Shown: positions 38,772 through 48,405, numbered from the stretch's first letter. The stretch: 64,000 nt of DNA from Polyangiaceae bacterium (GCA_033763455.1 JANRKO010000062.1:87816-151815), one strand, 5' to 3'. Notes: generated by a model not told the origin, from the sequence alone. Translations and numbers: made by a program.

Positions 38772-38821
38772 TGTGGGGGACGAGCGACACCGAGAACACC
38801 AGAAGGCACGCTTAGGCCCTC
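38752..38821. repeat. 17-bp direct repeat GGCACGCTTAGGCCCTC x2, 53 bp apart
   Basis: Exact copies at 38752-38768 and 38805-38821, spanning the DUF1552 stop and the next gene start. Confidence 0.8.
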
Positions 38822-40245
38822 AATGCTGGAAGATCGACAAAGTATTGTGGATCCCCAAAGCGATCCACGTTCACGCCCATGGCCTGGCAAAGCGCAGTTA
38901 AAAGACCAGTGTTCGAAACGTTCTCGTCCGCTTTTCCGCCCACCCAACGCAAAAATTGCCCAGTTTTGAAATAGCCACCACAGCTTCCAGCTAACACCCA
39001 AGGTAAATCTGTAATGCGGTGGGAGGCGCCCTCGGCAAATACGTTAGCGCAGAGCACTGCACTTTGGTCGAGGAGGGTCGTGCCATCCGGCTCGTGGTAC
39101 TGCTTCATTCGCTCAATAATGTAAGCAAATTGGCTGATAAACCACTGATCAACCAGGTTTTTACGTCGAGTGTGTGCTGCGTCTGTATACGCGTGGTGCG
39201 CTATCTCGTGATGCTGCCGCAGTGGCCCACCGCTTCCTGCGTTATCAGCATCACGCCCGGTAATAAATTCATCCCCCAACCAAAAGAAGGAATACCCCCA
39301 GTTGCTGGAATTCGACCACAAGAGCGAGGCCACGCGAACCAAATCACAAGCCAGAGCCGTGACTACCATGTCAGCCTGAAGCTTGTGCACGGTAGGGATG
39401 AGGGGCGTGTACTGGGAATTGACGTAATCCAAGCTGGCGTCTGGCCGCGTCGGCGCGCTGCAGGTGGCAGTGAAAGCCTGCAATTCCTGCTCTAGCTGGC
39501 GAACGGATGCGAGGTGCTGGTCGATCTGTTGGCGATCTTCGGTGCCCATGTTCTTGCCAAAAGCTTCCAGATCTCTACCCAAATAGTCGAAAACGCTCTT
39601 TCGGGCGGCCCGTATCCGCGCCAAGCGGTCAGAGGTCAGCGCGGCACCACCGAAGAGGCGATCGAAAAGCCGCACCGGATCCGTCTCGGGCTCCGGAGCA
39701 TTGGGCTGACCGCCGAGCGCGCTGCCGTGAAAAGATATGAAGCGGTCGTTGCCGTTTTGCTTAATGCACTGCAGCTGAAGGGAATGGATCGGCGTCTTTG
39801 AAGCTTTTGCGAACTCATCCGCGATGAACATATCGACAGAGGGGCCACCGGCCGAGAGAGGCACACCGTCGCTGATGGTGCCGTTGATGGCCGCGCCGTC
39901 CACGCCGGTAAACATAAACGGCATTGAAGCATGCCCTCCGCCCTGCTTCTGGTTCGGGTACGTCATGCCGCCCACGATGAGAATGTCGTTTTGGTGGGGG
40001 ATGAGGGGCTTCAAGACAGACTGCTCGTCCGTTGAAATCGTAAACGAAGCTGGGTCAGCCATCGGAAAGCCACCCGCGGGCCAGAATGCATCACCGATGA
40101 CTCCATTGGGCCAAGCCATCAAAACGAGGCGTTTGGGGAGGGTTGAATTGGCGCTCACGCCCACCCGCGCTTGGAGCAGTGGTAAGAAAGCAGCGCTCAC
40201 CCCGAGCGCTTGCAAAATAGCACGGCGCGAGAACTTGGAGTTCAT
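38812..40245 (-). CDS. DUF1552-family protein with Tat signal (copy 3)
   Basis: SRRAILQALG..AAFLPLL, PKRLVLMAWPNG, GPSVD, HLASVRQLE, CDLVRVAS, LLDQSAVL...EGASH. Confidence 0.9.
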   Translation of the reverse strand: MNSKFSRRAILQALGVSAAFLPLLQARVGVSANSTLPKRLVLMAWPNGVIGDAFWPAGGFPMADPASFTISTDEQSVLKPLIPHQNDILIVGGMTYPNQKQGGGHASMPFMFTGVDGAAINGTISDGVPLSAGGPSVDMFIADEFAKASKTPIHSLQLQCIKQNGNDRFISFHGSALGGQPNAPEPETDPVRLFDRLFGGAALTSDRLARIRAARKSVFDYLGRDLEAFGKNMGTEDRQQIDQHLASVRQLEQELQAFTATCSAPTRPDASLDYVNSQYTPLIPTVHKLQADMVVTALACDLVRVASLLWSNSSNWGYSFFWLGDEFITGRDADNAGSGGPLRQHHEIAHHAYTDAAHTRRKNLVDQWFISQFAYIIERMKQYHEPDGTTLLDQSAVLCANVFAEGASHRITDLPWVLAGSCGGYFKTGQFLRWVGGKADENVSNTGLLTALCQAMGVNVDRFGDPQYFVDLPALRA

Positions 40246-41969
40246 TGGGTTACCTCTCCCGTCGCTACTTTGCGCAGCCTGAAAGCCGGGCTTTCCGCAA
40301 TGGAAATCAAGAGCTTCGTGAGATCGAAGCCAGATGCGGCGAAAGATTGGTAGCTTGCATCCAGCGATGGCCCATCTTCGGAAACCTCAGCACGGCGCAA
40401 GGCAAAGCGGAACCATTGACGCGCCATACAGCGACGAACCTGCTCACTTTGGGCAAGCAGAGCTGCGAGCTCGGGTGCACCCGAAAAGGACACTCGTGCG
40501 CCATCCAGCCCTTCGATGAACCCTGTAGTGTCAATGGGCGTGGGCCCGGCAGCGGGGATAACCCCGCCGATAGCGTCGTAATTGCTGAAGCCAAACCCAA
40601 TTGGATCCATCAAGCTGTGGCACGTTCGGCACGGTTCCACCGTGCTGTGCATGGCCAACTGTTCCCGCTGCGAGACCCCGGCCACAGGCGCTGGGAGCTT
40701 GGGGACGTTATTCGGCGGTGGCGGTAGCGGCGAACAATTGATGAAGTGTTCACGAATCAGCTTGCCTCGCAGGATTGCCGAACCTTCGTAGGCATTGGCG
40801 TGGGTTGAGAGGATGCTCGCCTGCGTCAAGAGCCCCGCACGCTCGCTCGACTTGAGCTCCACGCGCCGAAGAGCGTTCCCCGTGACACCGGCAATTCCAT
40901 AGAGCTTCGCCGTGGATTCGTTCAAGAAAGAAAAGGGAGCTGTCATCAGTGTATCGAAGCGAGCATTGCCTTCAAAGAAGACGCTTTCAACGAACGCCAT
41001 CGTTTCTTCACGCATCGATTGCCGGAGCTCATTCGTGTAGCCAGGAAAGGCGACCGGATCTTTCACGTTGTGCGCGAGGCTATCTAGGTCGAGCCACTGC
41101 CGGTGAAAATCGCGCACGGTAGCGCGCGCACGGGGATCTAGGAGCATACGCTGCGCCTCAGCGGCTAGCTCCGAAGGGCGCGTAAGGGCATGAGCTTCGG
41201 CGCGAGAGAGGAGCGCCTCATCCGGCATGGAGCTCCAGAGGAAGTACGAAAGCCGCGAGGCAAGCTCGTAATCTGTGAGTGCGATGAGCTTTCCTGGCCC
41301 TGGAACCCCAGCGGGAGTGGCCCCGAGCTCCCAGTGGTAGAGAAACTGAGGGGACTGCAACATCGCAGACAGGACAACCTGGATACCATCCGCGTAGGTT
41401 GTTTCGGGAACAGCGCGAAATGTTGCGTACACGCCTGTGAGCTCAGCGCGCTCAGCGTCTGTCAGTGGCCGACGGAAAGCCGCTCGCCCGAATTTGCTCA
41501 AGAATGCATCAAAGCAAGCGCTTTCGCCCGTTTGCCCCGCGGTACAGGGCGCAAGGTCCGCGGTGCGGAGGGCGGCGCTGGCAGCAAGGGATTCTGCCGC
41601 ATCAAGATAACTTCTAGCGTCGATATTCGAGAAGGTTCCCGGCGTGGAATAGCCAGAACCGCCGCTTGTTTCCCCAGGGAAAGCGTCGGCTGGCCGTGTG
41701 GTATCGCCGAGCAGATCCCGAACTGTATTGTTATATTCTTCGTGTGTGAGCCGGCGCAAAGGCTGCACGGCCCCGGTGGGGTCGCCCGAGGAGCCTCCTG
41801 TGCCCGGGGTGTTAGCAGCACCTGAGGCGGAACCATCTGCTGCATTTGCTGCCCCGCCTGTGCTGTTCGCAATTTCCTGAGAAGCGGGTTTGTTTTCGGC
41901 GCAGGAAAGCGAAAGGGCCGCTGGCGCAAGAGCAAAAAGGAGGGCTGCATGTCGCCGTGAGCCGGGCAC
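40242..41969 (-). CDS. DUF1592/DUF1588-family mono-heme lipoprotein (copy 3)
   Basis: LRRLTHEEYNNTVRDLLG, AFRRPL, LQSPQFLY, ELASRLSYFLWSSMPD, CRTCHSLMDPIGFGFSNYDAIG. Confidence 0.9.
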   Translation of the reverse strand: MPGSRRHAALLFALAPAALSLSCAENKPASQEIANSTGGAANAADGSASGAANTPGTGGSSGDPTGAVQPLRRLTHEEYNNTVRDLLGDTTRPADAFPGETSGGSGYSTPGTFSNIDARSYLDAAESLAASAALRTADLAPCTAGQTGESACFDAFLSKFGRAAFRRPLTDAERAELTGVYATFRAVPETTYADGIQVVLSAMLQSPQFLYHWELGATPAGVPGPGKLIALTDYELASRLSYFLWSSMPDEALLSRAEAHALTRPSELAAEAQRMLLDPRARATVRDFHRQWLDLDSLAHNVKDPVAFPGYTNELRQSMREETMAFVESVFFEGNARFDTLMTAPFSFLNESTAKLYGIAGVTGNALRRVELKSSERAGLLTQASILSTHANAYEGSAILRGKLIREHFINCSPLPPPPNNVPKLPAPVAGVSQREQLAMHSTVEPCRTCHSLMDPIGFGFSNYDAIGGVIPAAGPTPIDTTGFIEGLDGARVSFSGAPELAALLAQSEQVRRCMARQWFRFALRRAEVSEDGPSLDASYQSFAASGFDLTKLLISIAESPAFRLRKVATGEVTQ

Positions 41970-42040
41970 TCGCGCAGGCTAGCAGGGCCCTTGGCGCGGG
42001 AGAAGCGCGAGTTTTGCCGCTGCGCGCCGTAAAAATGCAA

Positions 42041-42076
42041 GCGTGGAGGATTGCGTGGTGGATTGCGTGGTGGAGT
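42041..42076. repeat. Imperfect 12-bp tandem repeat x3 (GCGTGGWGGAKT)
   Basis: gcgtggaggatt gcgtggtggatt gcgtggtggagt, in the divergent intergenic region. Confidence 0.75.
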
Positions 42077-42124
42077 CAGAAGCAGGTAGGTGTGCTCCAC
42101 CCGCCTCGGGCTAGACTGAAAGCC

Positions 42125-42425
42125 GTGCGTGTTGGCTTAGCTGTTGAGATGAACATTGGCTACCTTCGGGATGCGCTTTCGGGCAGCGTGGACCCGTTTT
42201 CGCTTGGAGGAAGCGCAGCATCTACCAGCAGAGAGCGAACTCAAGCTGCCGCTCGTGGCGGAGCTGAGCGGTTTTCGCGAGGCCAAGTATCTCTCTGAGG
42301 CGTTCAAGAAGCTGACCGGCCAAACCCCGGGCAAGTTCAGGCACTTGGCAACCCCATCCACACAAGCGGTTCCGCCAGAGGCTGAGGAAAGTGCAGGCGT
42401 GACGCTGGCTTACCACAAGGGCTGA
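42125..42425 (+). pseudogene. XylR-type regulator remnant with a large internal deletion
   Basis: N-terminus VRVGLAVEMNIGYLRDAL (from GTG 42125) is joined out of frame near 42180 to the C-terminal HTH AAWTRFRLEEAQHL.AESEL...SGF...AFKKLTGQTPGKFR. Both pieces match the two intact XylR paralogues. Confidence 0.8.
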
Positions 42426-42484
42426 GGGATGTCTTCTAACCTGCTCCAATTTGCTCAGGTGGACGTGGTTTCGGTGACTGCCAA

Positions 42485-43615
42485 TTAACGCTTGGGTTCG
42501 GTGAGGCGTGCTCGTTTGCGAAATTCACTGGGTGTGATGCCAGCATGTTTGCGGAAATTGGCCGATAATCCGCGGGATTCGCTAAAGCCGCACAGGCTCG
42601 CCACCACCTCCATGCTGAGGTTTGTCTCGAGAAGTAGCCGCTCGGCCTCGCGCATCTTGAGATGCATCCACATGGCAGACGGGCTCATGCCGGTTTGATC
42701 TTGGAAGCGGCGCTCGAAAGTGCGGCGTGAGCAGCCCAGCTTCTTTGAGAGATAGTCGATCCCGGCTTCGACTCCGAGCTCCCTGTGCATGAGCCCGATG
42801 GCTTCACGGATCATGGGGTCGCTTGTGATCGACGCATCGGTTGAGCGTCGTTCAACGATGCGCAGCGGAGGGATGAGAAGGGTGGTGCTCGGCAGCGCGG
42901 TGCCGGAAAAAGAAGCGCTCAAGCGCTCCGCCGCGGCATAACCAATCTCTTCAGACGCAACTTCCACGCTGCTCAGGGCCGGATCGCTGAGTGAGCACAC
43001 GACTTCGTCGTTATCGACTCCTAAGATTGCGAGCTCACCCGGAATAGAGATGTTGCGCTGCCGGCAGGCTTCAGCCGCAAGCCAGGCCCGTTCATCACAG
43101 TCGCAGAAGAGCGCACACGGTTTGGGCAGCGCCACTAGCCATTCTGCAAACGCAACCTTGTTGCTGTTGATATCCGCCCGTTCGACGAATAGTGGGCAAG
43201 CGAAGTGTTTTGCCTGGATGGCGCGCTGAAAAGCCAAAACTCGGTCGTCTTGGAGCTTGCCCGCTAGCGCTGCTCCCCCGAAGTTTTGGAATCGCTGGAA
43301 TAGCAGGTAATCGGCGGCCATAGTGCCAATGGCTTCTTCATCGTGATGCACGGTGTTGAGATTGGGTGTTCGGCAGGTGCTCCCCACGCTTACTACATGG
43401 GCGAAGCTGCTCTTCGCGAGGGATAGCTCGGGCTCGTAGAGGGCACCCACAATCAAGCCGTCGATACCTTCGTCGAGCAATTGCCGAAGCCCTGCTGGCG
43501 TCGCTTCCGCGCGGTGAAGCTCCCAGTTTCGATGAGGACGCGCGTATTCGGCCACTCCGCGCAAGGCACCTCGAAAGTGCTCAACGCTCATGTCCATCGC
43601 AACGCCTATGCGCAT
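42485..43615 (-). CDS. XylR-type regulator (LacI sensor plus AraC HTH)
   Basis: IPGELAILGVDND, PALSSV, PPLRIVERRST, SRRTFERRF, CGF...NFRKHAGITPSEFR. Confidence 0.9.
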   Translation of the reverse strand: MRIGVAMDMSVEHFRGALRGVAEYARPHRNWELHRAEATPAGLRQLLDEGIDGLIVGALYEPELSLAKSSFAHVVSVGSTCRTPNLNTVHHDEEAIGTMAADYLLFQRFQNFGGAALAGKLQDDRVLAFQRAIQAKHFACPLFVERADINSNKVAFAEWLVALPKPCALFCDCDERAWLAAEACRQRNISIPGELAILGVDNDEVVCSLSDPALSSVEVASEEIGYAAAERLSASFSGTALPSTTLLIPPLRIVERRSTDASITSDPMIREAIGLMHRELGVEAGIDYLSKKLGCSRRTFERRFQDQTGMSPSAMWMHLKMREAERLLLETNLSMEVVASLCGFSESRGLSANFRKHAGITPSEFRKRARLTEPKR

Positions 43616-43741
43616 CGGGGATAGGTTAGCGCGGCCTCACGGGCGACGCGACGGAGGAGCTGAGCGAGTACGCCATTTGGGTGGGTAGCCGCGGATTTGT
43701 TGGTGCGTCACGGGGCAAAAGTCCTTGGAAGTGGAGGAAGC

Positions 43742-43769
43742 TTGACAATTAGACCAATCGGTCTAGTTT
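43742..43769 (+). promoter_or_regulatory. Sigma70 promoter overlapped by NemR-type operator palindrome TAGACC-N4-GGTCTA
   Basis: TTGACA 43742-43747, TAGACCAATCGGTCTA 43750-43765, TAGTTT 43764-43769. Confidence 0.8.
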
Positions 43770-43788
43770 GCTCAGGACTGACACAGCG

Positions 43789-44364
43789 ATGGCCTCTACC
43801 ACCAAACAGGATCTGCTAGAGCTGGGCCTCAAGCTGCTGTTAACCCACGGCTATGCGGACCTCGGTGTGGCTACCTTGCTGGAGCAGGCGGGTGTGCCGA
43901 AGGGCTCATTTTACCACCACTTCGAAGGCAAAGAGGATTTTGCGTTGCAAGCCATCGACCTCTATATGGTGGGAGTTCAGGGCGCGCTTGATGCGGCTTT
44001 TGGTGACGATGGGCGCGAGCCCGTGGAGCAGATACGGCATTTTTTCGAGATGGTTGCCGAGGGGTACAAGGGGGACGGCTATTTGGGTTGCCTCTTGGGC
44101 GGCCTTGGCCAGGAGCTCTCGGGTATTAGCCCTGCGTTTCGCAAGAAGGTAGAGGGGTGTTTCAACGTGATAGCCCGTCGCTTCGAGAAAGCGCTCACCA
44201 TTGCAAAGGCGCGTGGCGACTTGCGCGCCGGTGTGGAGCCACATGATCTTGCCGATCTGCTAGTCAATTGTTGGGAAGGCGCGGCTCTTCGTAGCCGCCT
44301 CCGCCGCAGCCCGAACCCGCTGAACCAGATGCTCGACTTTTACTTCGCCGCCGTTCGCTCGTGA
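43789..44364 (+). CDS. TetR-family regulator, NemR/LmrA-like
   Basis: AGVPKGSFYHHFEGKEDF HTH, GCLLG.L.QE, WEGAALRSR. Confidence 0.9.
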   Translation: MASTTKQDLLELGLKLLLTHGYADLGVATLLEQAGVPKGSFYHHFEGKEDFALQAIDLYMVGVQGALDAAFGDDGREPVEQIRHFFEMVAEGYKGDGYLGCLLGGLGQELSGISPAFRKKVEGCFNVIARRFEKALTIAKARGDLRAGVEPHDLADLLVNCWEGAALRSRLRRSPNPLNQMLDFYFAAVRS

Positions 44365-44407
44365 TCCTACGGATTAGCGGGTGTCGGCGGTAAGCCTTGT
44401 CCTCGAT

Positions 44408-44423
44408 TAGACCGAACGGTCTA
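44408..44423. promoter_or_regulatory. Second NemR-type operator palindrome
   Basis: TAGACCGAACGGTCTA, ending 33 bp upstream of the globin ATG. Confidence 0.8.
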
Positions 44424-44456
44424 TTTCTCACTCAACCCAAAACCAAAGGAAAAGTC

Positions 44457-44834
44457 ATGGAAACGAAGTCATTATTTGAGCGACTGGGCGGCACATCGGG
44501 CATCGAGCGCATCGTTGACGAGGTGGCGAGCCGCCACTTGGAGAACCCCGTCATCGGCGCACGCTTTAGACCCTATCTTGAGCAACCGGGAAAGCTTGAC
44601 GAGCTCAAGGTACACCTCGCACGCTTCTTGGAAATGGGAAGCGGTGGGCCCCCGCGCTACACGGGGCGCGACATGCGAAGTGCTCATAGAGGAATGAACA
44701 TTAGCCCCGGTGAATACGTGGCCGCGCTCGATGACATCCTGGCGGCTCTCGTGCAAACGGGCGTTGAAGAGCAGGCGCGCAAGGACGTGCTAGCGATCGC
44801 GTGGTCGCTCAAGGGCGAGATTATTCAAGTCTGA
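44457..44834 (+). CDS. Group I truncated (2/2) hemoglobin
   Basis: SLFERLGG, GGPPRYTGRDMRSAH (proximal His F8), AAGGA RBS. Confidence 0.88.
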   Translation: METKSLFERLGGTSGIERIVDEVASRHLENPVIGARFRPYLEQPGKLDELKVHLARFLEMGSGGPPRYTGRDMRSAHRGMNISPGEYVAALDDILAALVQTGVEEQARKDVLAIAWSLKGEIIQV

Positions 44835-44889
44835 CGAAGAAGTCGGGGGGAATAGCCCTTCGGGCACGGAACATGGTACTAGCTTTACA

Positions 44890-46104
44890 TTGACTGAACC
44901 TCGAAAGTCTCGTCGTGTTTGGGTATGGGCTTGCTTGGGGCTCCTTCTAGCCAGTGCAAGTGGCTGGGGCGTGTGGCGCTTCACTCGCAAGCCACCAGAC
45001 TCGGTAGAGCTCCGGCCACGTGAGCTGAAGCAGACAATCGTCTCCAGTGGTCAGATCATGGCCCCTGCCGAGGTGAGGCTTGACAGTATGCTCACCAGCA
45101 CCGTCAAAGAGATCCACAAGAGGGAGGGAGACGTCGTAAAAGCCGGTGAGGTTTTGATCACTCTCGATGAGCGAGAGATCGATGCAGCACGAGCCCAGGC
45201 TGAAGCGGTGCTGGCCCAGGCCCAAGCCGGCAAATCGTCGCTCAAGGTAACAACACTTCCGGAAGCCACCGAAGTCCTCGCGCAAGTGCGAGCAAACCTA
45301 GCCGAAGCGAAGCTTGAGCTTGAGCGGCAACGCAAGCTGTTCGAGGCGGGTGTCACCACCGGGAGCGCACGCGAGAAGGCCGAAAGAGCGGTCACCATCT
45401 ATGAGAGCCAAGAAAAGGCTGCACTCACTCAAGTGCAGGCGGCTTCAAGCCGTGGGTCGGGCAACCTCTCCGCATCTGCGACGGTAGCCCTCGCGGAGGC
45501 GCAGCTCGCGGTGATGAAGGTTAGCAAAGATCGCGCGAAGATCCTGGCGCCGATGGATGGAGTGATAAGCTCGCGTTTCGTTGAGGTCGGTGAAGTGGTT
45601 CGGCCTGGGTCAGCTCTACTTGTGCTCACGGCACGCGGGCGCACCCGAATTGTGCTCGAGCCCGACGAACGAAACCTCGCTCTCTTGGCTATTGGGCAAA
45701 AGGCGGCCGTATCGGCCGAAGCCTTTCCCTCCGAGTCGTTCGAGGCGCGAGTTGGGTACATTGCACCTGCAGTTAACGGCGATCGAGGAACGATCGAGGT
45801 CCGCCTCGACGTTCCGAACCCGCCAGCGAATCTCCGTCCGAACATGACCGTCTCGGTAGAGCTCTCGATTGAGACGCGGGACCACGCACTCGCAGTTCCG
45901 CTCACTGCGGTGCAAGATCTTGGAACGGCCCATCCGTGGGTGGGTGTTCTCGGACCACGCGGGGGGATCGAACACCGCGAAGTGCGCCTCGGCCTCAAGG
46001 GAGACGAACTTGTGGAAATCTTGTCTGGAGCACGGGCTGGCGAGCGAATCGTTTTCGACCCGCCGATTGCCAAGTCAACGAACGCGCTCCGCGGGGCCCA
46101 GTAG
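44890..46104 (+). CDS. Efflux periplasmic adaptor (MacA/HlyD-type membrane fusion protein)
   Basis: N-terminal TM helix, EGDVVKAGEVL, APMDGVI..RFVEVGEVV, LRPNMTV, EILSG. Confidence 0.88.
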   Translation: MTEPRKSRRVWVWACLGLLLASASGWGVWRFTRKPPDSVELRPRELKQTIVSSGQIMAPAEVRLDSMLTSTVKEIHKREGDVVKAGEVLITLDEREIDAARAQAEAVLAQAQAGKSSLKVTTLPEATEVLAQVRANLAEAKLELERQRKLFEAGVTTGSAREKAERAVTIYESQEKAALTQVQAASSRGSGNLSASATVALAEAQLAVMKVSKDRAKILAPMDGVISSRFVEVGEVVRPGSALLVLTARGRTRIVLEPDERNLALLAIGQKAAVSAEAFPSESFEARVGYIAPAVNGDRGTIEVRLDVPNPPANLRPNMTVSVELSIETRDHALAVPLTAVQDLGTAHPWVGVLGPRGGIEHREVRLGLKGDELVEILSGARAGERIVFDPPIAKSTNALRGAQ

Positions 46105-46105
46105 C

Positions 46106-47332
46106 GTGCCGGTTGGATGGTTCATCGCGCTTCGATTTATGTGGGAGCAACGAACCCAGAATGCTCTCATCGTTAGCGGTGTGGGCGCGGGGATCGGTGT
46201 GTTGGTATTCATCTCCGCACTGATCGGTGGCCTACAGGCGAGCCTCCTTGAGCGCACCACAGGCGCGCAGGCTCATATAGTGGTAACGCCTCTCGAACTA
46301 GAGGGGCGCCCCGTGCTCGCGGACGATCTGCGTGGAGAAATAGCCTATTTGCGGCGCATTGAGCGACCAGTTCAGCGGATGAACACGCTGCCCGAGTGGC
46401 GCAAGCTCGACCGCAATATATCTGAAGTGGCGAGCGTCCTCGCTACCGTGCCCATCGCCGGGGGGCCCGCGTTGGCCGTCCGGGGCTCCACCGATCGCTC
46501 GGTATCTGTGATCGGTGCCGACCCAGATCGCTTCGACCGAGTGATCGCAGTCAAAAAGAGGATGGCCGAGGGTACCTACAGTGTGAATGGCTCCGACGTT
46601 GTTCTCGGTGTCGACCTGGCTCATGATCTTGGCGTGGCCGTCGGGGATCGTGTGCGCCTCAAGACCGCGCGCGGCGACGGCCAGATGTTCATCGTGCGAG
46701 GGCTCGTCGACATGGGCAACCAGGGCCTAAACAAGACCTGGGCGCTGATGAGCCTGCGCAATGCGCAGACATTGCTTGAGCTTGGCGGCGCTGCGACGGC
46801 CGTCTACGCAAAGGTTACAGATCTCTACGAAGCTGATGTTGCCGCTAACCGCATTGCCAAGCTCACGGGCCTCACATCCAAGAGCTGGATGGAAACGAAC
46901 GCCCAGCTCCTCAGTGCGCTGAAATCGCAAACCGCATCGACTAGGATGATCCGCGGTTTCGTACTGCTCACGGTGGCAATAAGCATTGCGAGTGTCCTCG
47001 TTGTCTCCGTTATCCAGCGCTCCAAAGAGATCGGTATCCTCCGCGCTATGGGCTTCACGCGAGCCGGAATTTTGCGGGTTTTTCTGTTGCAAGGTGCTTT
47101 GATAGGTACCTTGGGCAGCGCCATCGGCTGTGGCCTAGGGGCCCTTTTGTCGCTGCTCTTTCAATCTGCGTTGAGGAACGCCGACGGTTCCCCGCTGTTT
47201 CCTTTCGCGCTGACGCCGGGGCTTTTTGCGTCGGCAGCAGGTATCGCACTTGGCGCAGGCGTCGTTGCGGCGATGCTCCCTGCTAGGCGCGCTTCCCGCC
47301 TAGATCCAGCCGAGGCGATGCGTCATGGCTGA
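46106..47332 (+). CDS. ABC transporter permease (FtsX/MacB/LolE family)
   Basis: [33 protein letters not shown]. Confidence 0.88.
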   Translation: MPVGWFIALRFMWEQRTQNALIVSGVGAGIGVLVFISALIGGLQASLLERTTGAQAHIVVTPLELEGRPVLADDLRGEIAYLRRIERPVQRMNTLPEWRKLDRNISEVASVLATVPIAGGPALAVRGSTDRSVSVIGADPDRFDRVIAVKKRMAEGTYSVNGSDVVLGVDLAHDLGVAVGDRVRLKTARGDGQMFIVRGLVDMGNQGLNKTWALMSLRNAQTLLELGGAATAVYAKVTDLYEADVAANRIAKLTGLTSKSWMETNAQLLSALKSQTASTRMIRGFVLLTVAISIASVLVVSVIQRSKEIGILRAMGFTRAGILRVFLLQGALIGTLGSAIGCGLGALLSLLFQSALRNADGSPLFPFALTPGLFASAAGIALGAGVVAAMLPARRASRLDPAEAMRHG

Positions 47333-48029
47333 GTCGGTTTTAGAGCTGTTGGGAGTCGAAAAGGCATTCGGTGCGGGCGCGCTCACGAATATCGTTTTGC
47401 GCGACATTAACCTGCGCGTGGACAAAGGGGAGCTTACGGCCATTATCGGCCCTTCGGGTAGCGGAAAGAGCACCCTGCTCAACATCATCGGCTTGCTCAC
47501 GTCGCCGACCCGAGGTGATGTGCGCCTTTTGGGCGAGCAGGTAGCAGCTCTAGACGACGACAGCCTCACGCGCCTCCGCAGCCTACGTATTGGCTTCATT
47601 TTTCAGTTTCACCACCTGCTTGGCGGCCTGACCGCTGCGCAAAACGTGATGCTTCCGTTGATGATTGAGCGCGGGCGAAGGTCGGAGGATTTGCTCGAAC
47701 GTGCGATGGGGGCACTCACCGAGGTTGGCATGGCCCATAAGGCCGATGCCCGCCCTTCACAAATGTCCGGCGGAGAGCAGCAACGGGTCGCCGTAGCCCG
47801 GGCGCTCGTGAAAAACCCTCCACTAGTGCTCGCTGACGAACCCACCGGAAACCTTGACACGGAGAACTCCGAGAAGGTGTTTGAGCTGATGCGACGCTAC
47901 AACCGAGAGCGGGGCACCGCTTTCGTCATCGTTACGCACGACAACCGCATCGCCGAACGCTGCAGGCGAGTGGTTGAAGTGGTCGACGGGCGCATCCAAG
48001 AAGATCGACGTCTGGACGCGATGAGCTAA
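47325..48029 (+). CDS. ABC transporter ATP-binding protein (LolD/MacB-like)
   Basis: [38 protein letters not shown]. Confidence 0.92.
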   Translation: MAESVLELLGVEKAFGAGALTNIVLRDINLRVDKGELTAIIGPSGSGKSTLLNIIGLLTSPTRGDVRLLGEQVAALDDDSLTRLRSLRIGFIFQFHHLLGGLTAAQNVMLPLMIERGRRSEDLLERAMGALTEVGMAHKADARPSQMSGGEQQRVAVARALVKNPPLVLADEPTGNLDTENSEKVFELMRRYNRERGTAFVIVTHDNRIAERCRRVVEVVDGRIQEDRRLDAMS

Positions 48030-48405
48030 GGGGTTGATTCCTGTGGCAACAGGTCTCGTCGGGTGGTGCCCCCCTTACGCGCTTTTGGGGATCAGCACCT
48101 GTGCTAAGAAATCCGCGCACCCAGGCTAACGGTGCTGCGAAGCGCCCGCTAGAGCATGTGTGGCCGGCCTACTGATTGGGTGGTGGTGGTGATTCTGGGC
48201 CTGAGTGCCTTTGCCGTCCATTGGAGAAAACTCAGTAGATTCGTAGGTGGTGGCCCCAGTTACGGGGCCGAAGGGTCGAAGGTCTTGGTCAGATTCGCCG
48301 ACGGCGGGGGCGCATCGAGATCCAGCAGAAATGTGGCGTTAGCCGGATCGCCCAGGCCATGGGTGCTCCTAGCGCCCAGGAAAGAGATGTGTTAGGGTCC
48401 CAGCC

